Positions 18,889-29,114 of a stretch of DNA of 46,257 nt are shown here, piece after piece. The stretch covers positions 1-46,257 of the forward strand of contig JACRBD010000347.1 in assembly GCA_016234625.1 (NCBI GenBank), read 5' to 3'. The number at the start of each line of letters is the position of its first letter. Position 1 is the stretch's first letter. The notes under the pieces are model-generated. The model was not told the origin of the DNA, did no database searches, and saw only the letters and a program-made list of their open reading frames with translations. This stretch comes from Caulobacterales bacterium. Lineage in GTDB: Bacteria > Pseudomonadota > Alphaproteobacteria > Caulobacterales > Caulobacteraceae. The translations under genes and the position numbers were made by a program.

Positions 18889-18917
18889 TTGACGACGCAA
18901 AAAGCGCCTTCTAGGTT
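18889..18917 (+). promoter_or_regulatory. Sigma70-type promoter of the counter-transcribed RNA
   Basis: TTGACG-N17-TAGGTT, antisense to the repC leader. Confidence 0.7.
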
Positions 18918-18923
18918 AGTCCC

Positions 18924-19000
18924 GATCAATCAAGCCGCTACCACACGGCGCCTGCGATGTCCGAAAGCCGTCAGCTCCAACTGGGGGCTTTCGCCGTTTT
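18924..19000 (+). ncRNA. Putative ctRNA (repC antisense copy-number/incompatibility RNA)
   Basis: Position and orientation as in repABC/repC replicons. 3' hairpin CGAAAGCC...GGCTTTCG (18962-18993) followed by a short T run. Confidence 0.65.
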
Positions 19001-19067
19001 GGGGTCTCGTCTAGGTCAAGGTGAAGTCCTCATGGGCGACCAGGCGCGCGCAGAGGATCTGGCGCGC

Positions 19068-19203
19068 GACTCAGTCGGGCTCAGCGTTCAGTGAGTCTGG
19101 TCGAAGCTGAAGGCTTGGAATTGCACCATTTCGACCAAAAAGGGCCGATTCGGGCGGTTGACGGATATTCAGAAACGAGTCCCTGGCTGCCGACTCAGGA
19201 ATC
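19068..19203. promoter_or_regulatory. Cluster of six GANTC (CcrM) sites
   Basis: GANTC at 19068, 19093, 19147, 19177, 19192 and 19199. Confidence 0.7.
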
Positions 19204-19278
19204 TACTGCTTGTGGTCAGCGGGCTTCCTAAGGCCAGCCGTGGTAAGTCGGCACCGTCGATCGGCACGGGTCGCACCG

Positions 19279-19530
19279 CTACGACGCCCCACTAGGCGGG
19301 TTCGCCTTGCGCCACGCCTGGAAGCCTCGATCCGCCTCCATGAACGTCGACAGGATGTGGGGCACGAGCTGCTCAAGTGCGATGTCCTGGGCGTTGCTCT
19401 GGGCGTAGGCGCGCTGATAATCGACCAGCTCGACGGCGAGCTTGCCGCGCAGCCGCAGGCGCAGGTCGGTCACCTTCTCCTCGATGTCGAGCTTAGCCAA
19501 GGACAGGCTAGGCTTGGTGGGTCGCGTCAT
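19279..19530 (-). CDS. DUF2274 family protein
   Basis: L..Y.RAYAQ...LVPHILSTFMEADRGF; usual position downstream of trbI. Confidence 0.8.
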   Translation of the reverse strand: MTRPTKPSLSLAKLDIEEKVTDLRLRLRGKLAVELVDYQRAYAQSNAQDIALEQLVPHILSTFMEADRGFQAWRKANPPSGAS

Positions 19531-19867
19531 GCACGTCTCCTTTGTTGGACTGAAGGAAGCGATCGATCGCCGCGAAGGCGAAGTCCGTCAGCTTGAGATT
19601 GAGACCGTCGGTGTGCCGGCGAATGCGCAGGCAGAGCGGCCGGGACAGGCGCACCGACACCCGGTCCTTGGCGCCGCGCACAGCGGGGAAAGCGATCTCG
19701 ACGCCGCTCTCCAGCGCCTCCACCAACTCTCGAAACGCGCGCTCATAAATGAGCCGCACACAGCCGCGCGGATTCTTGCGCGTATTCAATCGTTCGGCGG
19801 CCGACACCATGTCCTGGTGCAGGCCCTCGGACAGGAACAGCCCGAGTTTCTCTGCGGTCTGGGTCAC
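19508..19867 (-). CDS. Hypothetical protein, probable ribbon-helix-helix DNA-binding protein
   Basis: RVSVRLSRPLCLRIRRH...LTDFAFAAIDRFL is RHH-like; the N-terminal half shows a similar pattern. Confidence 0.55.
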   Translation of the reverse strand: MTQTAEKLGLFLSEGLHQDMVSAAERLNTRKNPRGCVRLIYERAFRELVEALESGVEIAFPAVRGAKDRVSVRLSRPLCLRIRRHTDGLNLKLTDFAFAAIDRFLQSNKGDVHDATHQA

Positions 19868-19880
19868 TGGAACTCTCTAC

Positions 19881-21125
19881 TTACTGGTAGGGGGCGAGGA
19901 TCATGTCCTTGTTGACGATGACCTGGAGGGGCCAGCCAGCGCGCACGGTGATCGTGGCCTGGCGGTTCAGATCACGCTCAGTGATCCTTTGACCGGTCTG
20001 CTGGGCCTGGTTGGAAATGCCGTTGGCGGCGCTATTGACCACCAGGCCGCCGGAACTTCGGGCGCCGGCGTCCTGAGCTGATGCCGCGCCGATGCTGAAA
20101 ATCGTTGAAAGCAGGATGCCGCGCGCCAGCTCGCCAAAGTGCCCGTCCGTGCGGTCGCGAAGGCCGCTGGCGCCGGACAGGTCGGCACCGGTCATCGAGC
20201 CGATATTGATCGAACGGCCGTCGGGCATGACGATCCGGTTCCAGGCGATCAACGCGCGCTGCTGACCGTAGGCAACCTGGCTGTCGTATTGACCGATCAG
20301 CCGGGCGCCCTGCGGGATCAGCACGGTGCGCCCGGTGACGTGGTCGTAGACCGGTCGGGTCACCTGGGCGATGATCTCGCCCGGCAGATCGGAGTTGATG
20401 GCGGTGATGAGGGCGGCCGAGATCAGGGTTCCCGCCTTCACCTCCCACGGACTGAGCGGCGGCAGCAGCGGGTTGGCCAGGTAGTCTTCGGACCGGGAGC
20501 CGGCCAGAAACTGGCGCTTGGCGCCCTGGCCGTTCTGCGGCTGCACCTCTGCCGACCGCTCGGCCGGCGGACCGGCCCGGCCGGCGAACGCCGCCAACCC
20601 CGCCGCCGGCGCGGCCACATCCCGATCGGCCACCTGCACCGGCTGTCCGCCGAAGAAGGGACCGGCCGCGCGCGCCGCGCGGGCCTGATCGCGAGCTTCC
20701 TGAACGGCGGGGTCCACCGGCGGCGCAGGGGGCGCGGCAGCGACGCCGGCCGCTGGCTGTCCCGCCATGTCCGCGCTGGGCGGGGGCAGGGTGGCCATGC
20801 CCGGCGCGGAGGCCTGCAGGCCCGGATCGCCGTATCCCCGCGCGAAGCGGTTGGCGATCTCGGGACGTTGCGGCGTCTGGGTGTCGGCGGCCGCTTGCGG
20901 ATCCTGGTCCTTGGCCGCCCGCGTGTGGGACCCGCCAAAGCCGAGATAGAATCCCAAGGCCACGACGCTGGCCAGCGCGGCGGAGCCGGCCAGCAGGTAT
21001 TTGCGATTCCACCGGGTCACGGGCTGACGTGGACCGGTCAGCACGCTGGCGGGCGAGGCCTTGCGCTCCGGCGCGGCCATCGGTCCTACGCCCTCGGAGG
21101 GCGGGTCGGGAGGCAGATGACTCAT
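19881..21125 (-). CDS. trbI: Conjugal transfer protein TrbI (VirB10)
   Basis: AGTLISAALITAINSDLPG, LIPQGARLIGQYDSQV, TITVRAG. Confidence 0.93.
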   Translation of the reverse strand: MSHLPPDPPSEGVGPMAAPERKASPASVLTGPRQPVTRWNRKYLLAGSAALASVVALGFYLGFGGSHTRAAKDQDPQAAADTQTPQRPEIANRFARGYGDPGLQASAPGMATLPPPSADMAGQPAAGVAAAPPAPPVDPAVQEARDQARAARAAGPFFGGQPVQVADRDVAAPAAGLAAFAGRAGPPAERSAEVQPQNGQGAKRQFLAGSRSEDYLANPLLPPLSPWEVKAGTLISAALITAINSDLPGEIIAQVTRPVYDHVTGRTVLIPQGARLIGQYDSQVAYGQQRALIAWNRIVMPDGRSINIGSMTGADLSGASGLRDRTDGHFGELARGILLSTIFSIGAASAQDAGARSSGGLVVNSAANGISNQAQQTGQRITERDLNRQATITVRAGWPLQVIVNKDMILAPYQ

Positions 21126-21126
21126 A

Positions 21127-22119
21127 TCAGCGCGCCCCGCCTGTGCGGGATATCCGCACCACGACCTGGCGGCCCTCGCCGAGCCGCAGTTCGGCGACAT
21201 CGATCATCCGGTCGACGACGTAGTAGCCGTTGGCGAACCGATAGTTGACCAGCTCGGCCTGCTTGTTCGGGCCGATCAGGAAGAGCGGCGGCGCCTCTGT
21301 GGCCGCAAGGTCAGCTGGGAACTGGATGTAGGTCTTCAGGCCATCATCGAAGACCCGCAGCGGCTGCCAGCGGGGACCACGCCGGGCTCCGATCGGTTGG
21401 ATCCGATAGGCGAAGTTCAGGCGGTCGATGGCGATGCTGCTGGCCACGACCGCTTGGTCGGCCGCCGCGCGGGCCGCCTGCGCGTCGCGCATCTCTTCCT
21501 GCGGATAATTCCAGTTGATCACGCTCGTATAGGTCTCGCCCTCGTGGCTGACCGCTTCGAGTAGATAGGTCCGCTGATCCGTGGTCAGGATGATGTTGGT
21601 CCGCAGGCCGCCGCGGATCGGCTTGACGAAGACGATGACCTGCTGGCCAGCCCCGGCGCCTTGGACCGTTTCGCCGAGCACCCATCGGACCGTGTCGCCG
21701 GCCGCCTTGGTGATCAGCTTTTCACCCGGTCGAAGGGTGATCGCGGTCAGAAACCGCGGGCTGGTGTGGACCACATAGAGCCGTCCCGGTTCGAAGTCGT
21801 AGTAGAGCGCGGCGTTGAGGTAGGCGCCGGTCGAAGGGATCGACCGCGCATCGTCATTGCCCGCCTGGACGGTCCGCAGCACCGGCGAAGCAGGAACAGC
21901 GCGGCGCACAGGCCGACGACGGGGCGTCTGAACCGGCGCGGCCGTGGCGGCTGCTCGTGGCGCCGCTACCACCACGGCCAAAGCGCGGGGTGGGGCGACG
22001 GGCGGAACGGCCCGCGCAGGCGCCGGCTGAATCTGGGCGGAGACGTCGGAACTGCCCGCGAGGGCGAGCCCGATGGCGAGGCTGGTGGCGCCGCAGGCCC
22101 GGAGGACTGTGTGTGTCAT
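21127..22119 (-). CDS. trbG: Conjugal transfer protein TrbG (VirB9)
   Basis: AAGDTVRW, TNIILTTDQRTY, VFDDGLKTYIQFP, EAPPLF, LVNYR. Confidence 0.92.
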   Translation of the reverse strand: MTHTVLRACGATSLAIGLALAGSSDVSAQIQPAPARAVPPVAPPRALAVVVAAPRAAATAAPVQTPRRRPVRRAVPASPVLRTVQAGNDDARSIPSTGAYLNAALYYDFEPGRLYVVHTSPRFLTAITLRPGEKLITKAAGDTVRWVLGETVQGAGAGQQVIVFVKPIRGGLRTNIILTTDQRTYLLEAVSHEGETYTSVINWNYPQEEMRDAQAARAAADQAVVASSIAIDRLNFAYRIQPIGARRGPRWQPLRVFDDGLKTYIQFPADLAATEAPPLFLIGPNKQAELVNYRFANGYYVVDRMIDVAELRLGEGRQVVVRISRTGGAR

Positions 22120-22121
22120 GA

Positions 22122-22808
22122 CTAAAGCTCCCGGCTCCACTGAAACGAGGTGATGTAGATGCCGAGGGGGTTGGCCCGGAGTTCGGCCTCGTTTTTCGGC
22201 GCGTTGATCTTGGCGGTGAACAGGCCCGTCCAGTTCTCGGTGGCGCGGGTGGCGCCCTGGTCGAATGTCGTCTCCCGCCACTGCACCTGGTAGGTGTTGG
22301 GACTGCGGGCGAGGACCGAGACGATCTCGACGCTGACCGCCTGGGCGCCGGCGTCGGCGAAGGGGTCGTGGGTCTTGGCGTAGTCGTTGAGCTGACCGAT
22401 GGCGGACCCCGCCACGAACCGATAGGCGGCGGTCCAGTTGTCCCGGATGACGATCGCGTCGATGCTCTTGGAGCGGGTCCGCGTCACCCAGTCGGCCAGG
22501 AAGTAGCCGGTCTCCGCCGTCGATGGCTTGTAGCTTTGCCCGGCGACCTCGATGCGACCCGGCCTGCCGTACTTGTCGATCGGAACCACGAAGGTGGCGA
22601 TGTTGGTGTTGCTGGCCTGGTAGATGAACCCGCCAAGCGACAGCGCCGCCAGACCCAGCGAGCAGAAGGCGGCGAGCCGCCAGTTCTTCGCCTGCGCGGC
22701 CGCCGAGCCGATGCGATTGTCCCACTCCTGCGCGGCGCGCTGATAGGGGCTCTCGACCGGCGCGGAGCTACCGTAACGGTCTTGCGGTCTCCTGAAGGCG
22801 TTCAACAT
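22122..22808 (-). CDS. trbF: Conjugal transfer protein TrbF (VirB8)
   Basis: PYQRAAQEWDNRIGSA, NWRLAAF, NPLGIY...WSREL. Confidence 0.93.
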   Translation of the reverse strand: MLNAFRRPQDRYGSSAPVESPYQRAAQEWDNRIGSAAAQAKNWRLAAFCSLGLAALSLGGFIYQASNTNIATFVVPIDKYGRPGRIEVAGQSYKPSTAETGYFLADWVTRTRSKSIDAIVIRDNWTAAYRFVAGSAIGQLNDYAKTHDPFADAGAQAVSVEIVSVLARSPNTYQVQWRETTFDQGATRATENWTGLFTAKINAPKNEAELRANPLGIYITSFQWSREL

Positions 22809-22826
22809 GGCGGTTCTCCAGGGGCT

Positions 22827-24131
<1,305 letters not shown>

Positions 24132-24146
24132 CTCCTCGACACCCGC

Positions 24147-24410
24147 CTAAAGGCCGCTTGGGTTTTCGACCCGGCTGCGAGGCTTCTTGACGTCCCAGAA
24201 GCGGTTACTCTCGACGGCGCCTGCTGCGGCCAGAGCATTCACGCAGTTGCCGGACTTGCCGAGGTCGCCCGGATCGTTGCGGCATCGCTCGAGCATCGCC
24301 CCTCGCTCATCGGCGTGGGCGAGGTAGAAGGCCCTGTCACGGGCGGGCCCGGCCGGGTTGCATCCGGCGAGCATCAGCGCGGCCAGGCCCAAGAATCCGA
24401 GACGGCGCAC
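24147..24410 (-). CDS. trbK: Entry-exclusion lipoprotein (TrbK/EexN-like)
   Basis: Lipobox LAGC; FYLAH...RCRNDPG...NCVNA; lies between trbJ and trbL. Confidence 0.8.
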   Translation of the reverse strand: MRRLGFLGLAALMLAGCNPAGPARDRAFYLAHADERGAMLERCRNDPGDLGKSGNCVNALAAAGAVESNRFWDVKKPRSRVENPSGL

Positions 24411-25129
24411 TACAGATCCCCCGGGTTCTTCACGCGGCTGGCAGGGTGCTGGACGTTCCAGTACCGCTGACTCTCGGCGGCCGCCGCCGCTCGGGCGCCT
24501 TGCGCCTGCGCCTCGGCGGTCTGCTGAGCCCGCCCCTGAGTGATCAGGATGGTCTGGAGCTGGGTGAGCTGGGTGCTGAGGCTCGCCAGCAACTGATTGG
24601 TCGCCTGGATAGCTGCCGTCTGCCCCGCAGCGTTTTGAGAAGCGGCGACAGCCGCGTTGACGGCCCCGGCGGTCGTCGGCTGCGAGCGAACGATCAGGTT
24701 CTGGGTCGCCATGGCCTCCTGGAGGGTCTGGCGGCTGTTGGCCTGCCATCCGGCCAGCGCTTGCCGCGTCTGAGCAAAGCTCATCCCCTTCAGGTCGGTC
24801 GGATAGGCCTGCTGAAACTGCTGAGCGAGGTTCTGGCCCTGATAGCCGATGCCCTGCGCTGTCTGGAGAAGCTGCGTCGCCTCCGATGCGATCTGTTGCA
24901 GCGGGCCCGTGACGTCGACGCCAAGCTTCTGCAGCATGGCCGCCTGGCTGGCGACCTGCTGCTGAAGTTGCGTGATCATCTGGAGCTGTTGCTCCACCTG
25001 CTTGATGGCCTGGATGATCGCCTGCGGATCGATGACTGCCATCTGCGCCTGCGCCTGCGGCGGCGCGGTCGTGCTGAGACCCAGACTGAGGACCGCCACA
25101 GCGGCGGTAGTGGTGACAAGCCTACGCAT
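24410..25129 (-). CDS. trbJ: Conjugal transfer protein TrbJ (VirB5)
   Basis: Signal peptide, VIDP, Gln-rich body, SQNAAGQTAAIQATNQLLA. Confidence 0.88.
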   Translation of the reverse strand: MRRLVTTTAAVAVLSLGLSTTAPPQAQAQMAVIDPQAIIQAIKQVEQQLQMITQLQQQVASQAAMLQKLGVDVTGPLQQIASEATQLLQTAQGIGYQGQNLAQQFQQAYPTDLKGMSFAQTRQALAGWQANSRQTLQEAMATQNLIVRSQPTTAGAVNAAVAASQNAAGQTAAIQATNQLLASLSTQLTQLQTILITQGRAQQTAEAQAQGARAAAAAESQRYWNVQHPASRVKNPGDL

Positions 25130-25478
25130 GGCGAGAGTCCTCCGAGGGGGGTGGGGAAGGGGAAGTGACCAGCGGTCCAGAAGCGTCCGCGCACTCGAAG
25201 AGCGGCTCGGTCAGCGCACGGAACAGAGATGCGGCGGCGAACAGCACGATCCCGAACACGAGCAGGAAGAAGTTGTGGTGCAACGGCGTCGCGAAGGTCG
25301 CAACGAAGCCGGGCGCACACAGAGCCAGGAACATTAGCCGCCGACGCCGGCGTGTCCGGGTCCAGCGCGCCGGCGCCCGAGACGCAAGACCCGCGAAGGC
25401 GTTGATCCAGGGCGCGACGGGAGGCTGGAGGCCAGGATGAGCCTCGGTCGTTTCATCGGGTTGGCGAGGCATGGTCAT
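25122..25478 (-). CDS. Small hypothetical membrane protein
   Basis: Overlaps the trbE stop and the trbJ start; two hydrophobic segments after an Arg-rich patch. Confidence 0.55.
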   Translation of the reverse strand: MTMPRQPDETTEAHPGLQPPVAPWINAFAGLASRAPARWTRTRRRRRLMFLALCAPGFVATFATPLHHNFFLLVFGIVLFAAASLFRALTEPLFECADASGPLVTSPSPPPSEDSRHA

Positions 25479-27943
25479 GCGACCCTCGCCTCGACGAGTT
25501 GGTCGCTGAGGTATTTCGCGACGTCCGGGTGTCCAACCGCTGCGAAGTAGGCCGGCGCAAACCCGGCCCGGCCGTGCTCCTCAAGGAGCGCCGTCATGAT
25601 CTGCTGATCGCCGGGCGAAGAGGCGCCCACGGTCGCCAGGGCCAGGGGCCCAAGACCCAGCTCGAACAGCCGGTTGCCGGTGCTCGACTGATAGTAATAT
25701 TCCCGCTTGGGCGTGGCGTTGGCGATGATTCTGACCTGCTGCACGTTCAGGCCGAACGCCTCGTAGAGCGCCAGGATCTGTGGCGTCTGGGCATCCGGGT
25801 TGGGCAGGAAGACCCGAGTCGGGCAGTTCTCGATAAGGGCCGGCGCGATCGATGAGTTGGCGATGTCGGCCAGGCTCTGGGTGGCGAAAACCACGGCGAC
25901 GTTGAATTTGCGCAGCGTCTTCAGCCACTCGCGGATCTTCGCGGCGAAGGCTCCCCGATCCAGGAAGAGCCAGGCCTCATCGAGGACCAGCAATGTCGGC
26001 CGGCCGTCGAACCGCTTCTCCAGGCTGCGGAAAATGTAGGTCAGGACCGGGGCCAGGGCGGCCTTGCTGGTCATCAGGTCCGACATCTCGAAGGTCTGCC
26101 ACCGGGCGTCCGACGAGAGGTTTTGCTGGGCGTCGAGCAGATGGCCATGCGGCCCGCTAAGGGTGAAGGGCGCCAAGGCCGCCTTCACCGTGTGATCCTG
26201 GATTGTCGCCGCCAGCAGCGTCAGGGTGCGCTGTTGGCGGGGGCCGGCCGCGAGGTTCTTGATCGCGCCCCAGATCTCTTCTTTTACCGGCGGCGTGATC
26301 TCCACGCCCTCGGCCGCGACCAGATCCTGCACCCACTCCTGCGCCCAGGCGCGGTCCTCGGCGCCGTCGATCTCAGCCAGGGGCTGGAAAGCGAGTTCGC
26401 CCTGGTCGCCGCCGAGATGGAAAAACTGCCCGCCGGTGAGCAGCGTGGCCGCGCGCGAACTGGCGCCCTTGTCGAAGAAGAACACCTGGGCCTCGGGGTA
26501 GCGGAGCCACTGGGTGGCGATCGTATTGAGCAGCACGGATTTGCCGGCGCCGGTCGGGCCCACCACAATCGTGTGGCCGACATCCCCCTGGTGGAGGTCG
26601 AAACGGAACGGCGTCGATCCAGCGGTTCGCGTTACCATGAGGGGCGGCTGGCTGCCGGGATGGCCGCGCTTGGCGCATTCAGCCGTGAGGTGTTCGTTGC
26701 GCGTCGGGCCGGGCCAGATGGCGGACATCGGCATCATGTCGCAAAGATTCAGCGAGGAGACGAACGGCCGGCGCAAATCGGCATAGGCCTGCCCCGGCAG
26801 ACTTCCGAGCCAGGCCTCGACCGCGTTGATGTCCTCGACCTTGCAGACGAAGCCCACCCGGTTGATGGCGCCTTCCACCTCACGAACCCGGTCGGCCAGC
26901 CGGTCGGGGTCGCGGTCCATCAGGGTGACGGTCGGGGTGAAGTAGCCGATGGAGGCAAAGTCGCCGCCGAGGATCGCCAGGGCCGCGTCGGCGTCGTCAG
27001 TCTTGGCGGCCGCGTCCGGGTCTTCCAGTTGGGAAGGCTCGTGGGTGATGGCCTCCTTGAGCAGGGCCATCACCCCCTTACGCTTGGCAAACCAGCGTTT
27101 GCGCAGCGTGGTCACCGCCCGCCGGGCGTCTTCCTTGTCGAGCGGCAGATAGCGGCACACCCAGCGATAGCCGACGCCCAGCTCGTTGAGGCGGTCGAGC
27201 AGTCCGGGGGAGGACGTCGTCGGGTAGGCGCGCACCGAAATCGTGCGGATGAAGCTCTTCCCGAGCCTGGGAAAAAGTCCGCCCTGGAAGTCATCGTCGG
27301 TGAGGAAGGCGTCGAGATAGGCTGGCGTTTCGGGGGTGCGGACGTAGTGGGGCTTGGTCGAAACGCACCCGTGCAAATAGGTGAGCGTCTCATCGTCCGA
27401 GAGCTCCCGCACGCGGGGCATGATGGCGGTCAGGATATCGACCACCTGGCGAACCGTGCCGAGAAAGTCATTCAGGGCCGCGCGATACATCCCCGCGGCG
27501 CCGCGGCCGGATGGCGCGTTCTCCAGCAGGAGGCTTTCGGCGGTGTTGACCGCCTCCTCGGGCGGCAGAAAGGTGAGGGTGAGGAAATAGCGGCTCTCGA
27601 AGTGCCGCTCCTGCGCCTCGAAGGCCACGCGCCGTTCATCGTCGATGAGGTCGGACACCGGATCGGGAAACTCGCCGACCGAATAGTCCTGGGAGGTCGC
27701 CCGGAGCGCCTCGATGTGCAAACACCAGCGCGAGCCGAGACGGCGAAGGGCGTTGTTGAGCTGGGCACGGATCGCCACGAGGCTGGCATCCGTCGAGCTG
27801 GCGAGGTCCGGTCCCCGGAAGCTGAGGGTCTTCTGGAAGCTGCCGTCCTTGTTCAGGACGAGGCCGGGGCCGATCAGCGCGACCCAGGGCAGATGGTCGA
27901 ACAGGCGCTCAGCCTTCGGGCGGTATTCCTTCAAATAGAGCAA
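25475..27943 (-). CDS. trbE: Conjugal transfer ATPase TrbE (VirB4)
   Basis: LPWVALIGPG, NKDGSFQ, Walker A GPTGAGKS, LDEAW, EWLKTLRK. TTG start after GGAGA. Confidence 0.95.
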   Translation of the reverse strand: MLYLKEYRPKAERLFDHLPWVALIGPGLVLNKDGSFQKTLSFRGPDLASSTDASLVAIRAQLNNALRRLGSRWCLHIEALRATSQDYSVGEFPDPVSDLIDDERRVAFEAQERHFESRYFLTLTFLPPEEAVNTAESLLLENAPSGRGAAGMYRAALNDFLGTVRQVVDILTAIMPRVRELSDDETLTYLHGCVSTKPHYVRTPETPAYLDAFLTDDDFQGGLFPRLGKSFIRTISVRAYPTTSSPGLLDRLNELGVGYRWVCRYLPLDKEDARRAVTTLRKRWFAKRKGVMALLKEAITHEPSQLEDPDAAAKTDDADAALAILGGDFASIGYFTPTVTLMDRDPDRLADRVREVEGAINRVGFVCKVEDINAVEAWLGSLPGQAYADLRRPFVSSLNLCDMMPMSAIWPGPTRNEHLTAECAKRGHPGSQPPLMVTRTAGSTPFRFDLHQGDVGHTIVVGPTGAGKSVLLNTIATQWLRYPEAQVFFFDKGASSRAATLLTGGQFFHLGGDQGELAFQPLAEIDGAEDRAWAQEWVQDLVAAEGVEITPPVKEEIWGAIKNLAAGPRQQRTLTLLAATIQDHTVKAALAPFTLSGPHGHLLDAQQNLSSDARWQTFEMSDLMTSKAALAPVLTYIFRSLEKRFDGRPTLLVLDEAWLFLDRGAFAAKIREWLKTLRKFNVAVVFATQSLADIANSSIAPALIENCPTRVFLPNPDAQTPQILALYEAFGLNVQQVRIIANATPKREYYYQSSTGNRLFELGLGPLALATVGASSPGDQQIMTALLEEHGRAGFAPAYFAAVGHPDVAKYLSDQLVEARVA

Positions 27944-28062
27944 AGTGAAGTCTCCTCCGAGAAAGCCGAGTGCCAGCATCGGGCTGGCGCCGTAGAGACA
28001 GGACAGAGGGGGAGGGGAGCCCAGACGCGCGGGCCGCCCCGACGAAGACAGACTGCAGGCCG

Positions 28063-28329
28063 TCAGGCGTCCCAGTAGGGGTTCTGCCGGATGTGGCGGC
28101 CGAGCACGTCGAAGAAGTGGGGGTCGCGTTTGGTCAGCCAGTAGGCGCAGAAGTGGACCGCAAGACCCAAGGGGATGCCGATCATCGGGACCTGGAGCCC
28201 CAGGGCGAGCGTCGCGGTCACGGTACCGTTCAACACCGCGATCATCCGTGGCACGCCGCCGATGGTCACCGGCTCGGACAGCGAACTGTGGAAGCCGATC
28301 TCGAAGCCCTCGATCCGGGATCCCGCCAT
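28063..28329 (-). CDS. trbD: Conjugal transfer protein TrbD (VirB3)
   Basis: HSSLSEPVTIGGVPR, NGT, KRDPHF. Confidence 0.92.
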   Translation of the reverse strand: MAGSRIEGFEIGFHSSLSEPVTIGGVPRMIAVLNGTVTATLALGLQVPMIGIPLGLAVHFCAYWLTKRDPHFFDVLGRHIRQNPYWDA

Positions 28330-28330
28330 C

Positions 28331-28687
28331 CTAAAACACCGCGCCGGCGGTCAGGTTGAAGAAGCTGGTCACGAAGGTCGTCGCCGTGAACGCGATGGCC
28401 AGGCCGAACACGATCCCGATGCCTTTGCGCATGGCCGACCCGCCCTCAGCGAAGGCAAAGCCAAGTCCGGTGATGACGATGGCGATCACGCCAATCGCCT
28501 TGGCCACGGGTCCGGCGAGGGAATTCATGATCGTGGTCAGCGGTCCTTCCCAGGGCATGGCCGTGCCGCTGCCGGCCGCCCAGGCCGGCTCCGCCATCAC
28601 GAGAGCCGCCCCGACGGCGAGCAGCAGAACAGCCCCCATCGGGCGGCCGAAGGTGATCCCACGACGAATTCTGGAGATGGGCCTCAT
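28331..28687 (-). CDS. trbC: Pilin TrbC (VirB2)
   Basis: AWAAGSGTAMPWEGPL, GPVAK, VFGLAIAF, GAVF. Confidence 0.92.
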   Translation of the reverse strand: MRPISRIRRGITFGRPMGAVLLLAVGAALVMAEPAWAAGSGTAMPWEGPLTTIMNSLAGPVAKAIGVIAIVITGLGFAFAEGGSAMRKGIGIVFGLAIAFTATTFVTSFFNLTAGAVF

Positions 28688-29114
28688 CGCTGGATCCTTC
28701 TGTCTCGGCAGCCCGTGAAGGCCGGGTCGCCCAACCGTGGGTTGGAGTAGGCTGCGGGTCAAGAGCTTTTCTTGCCTAAAAAGCTCTCAATGTGCTTATT
28801 TGTATGATTTAGAGTTGTGCCAGCAGACACGACTGCGGGGTCACTCCGGCGATCAATCAGATCGGCGCGAGCGACAACTCCCTCTCGAAGGGGCCGTCTT
28901 CTTTCCCCTACGTAATGGGCAATTTGAGGGCGGATGCCCGAGTTCTGTGGGCTGTTGATTCGGCACCCCAGAGCAGGCGTCCATCATAGCCCGCCCAGTA
29001 CATTTGGTGGCGAAGCGACGGTGCGCAGATTGCACGCCTGATGTCGCGTGGCGCTTCCCATCAACCGCCCGCTACAAGTCCGTCACCGAGAAGATCTTCA
29101 CCTTGCCGGGGGGA

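Noticed and set aside
26123-28078. 651-aa plus-strand ORF
   Set aside because: Antisense shadow of trbE.
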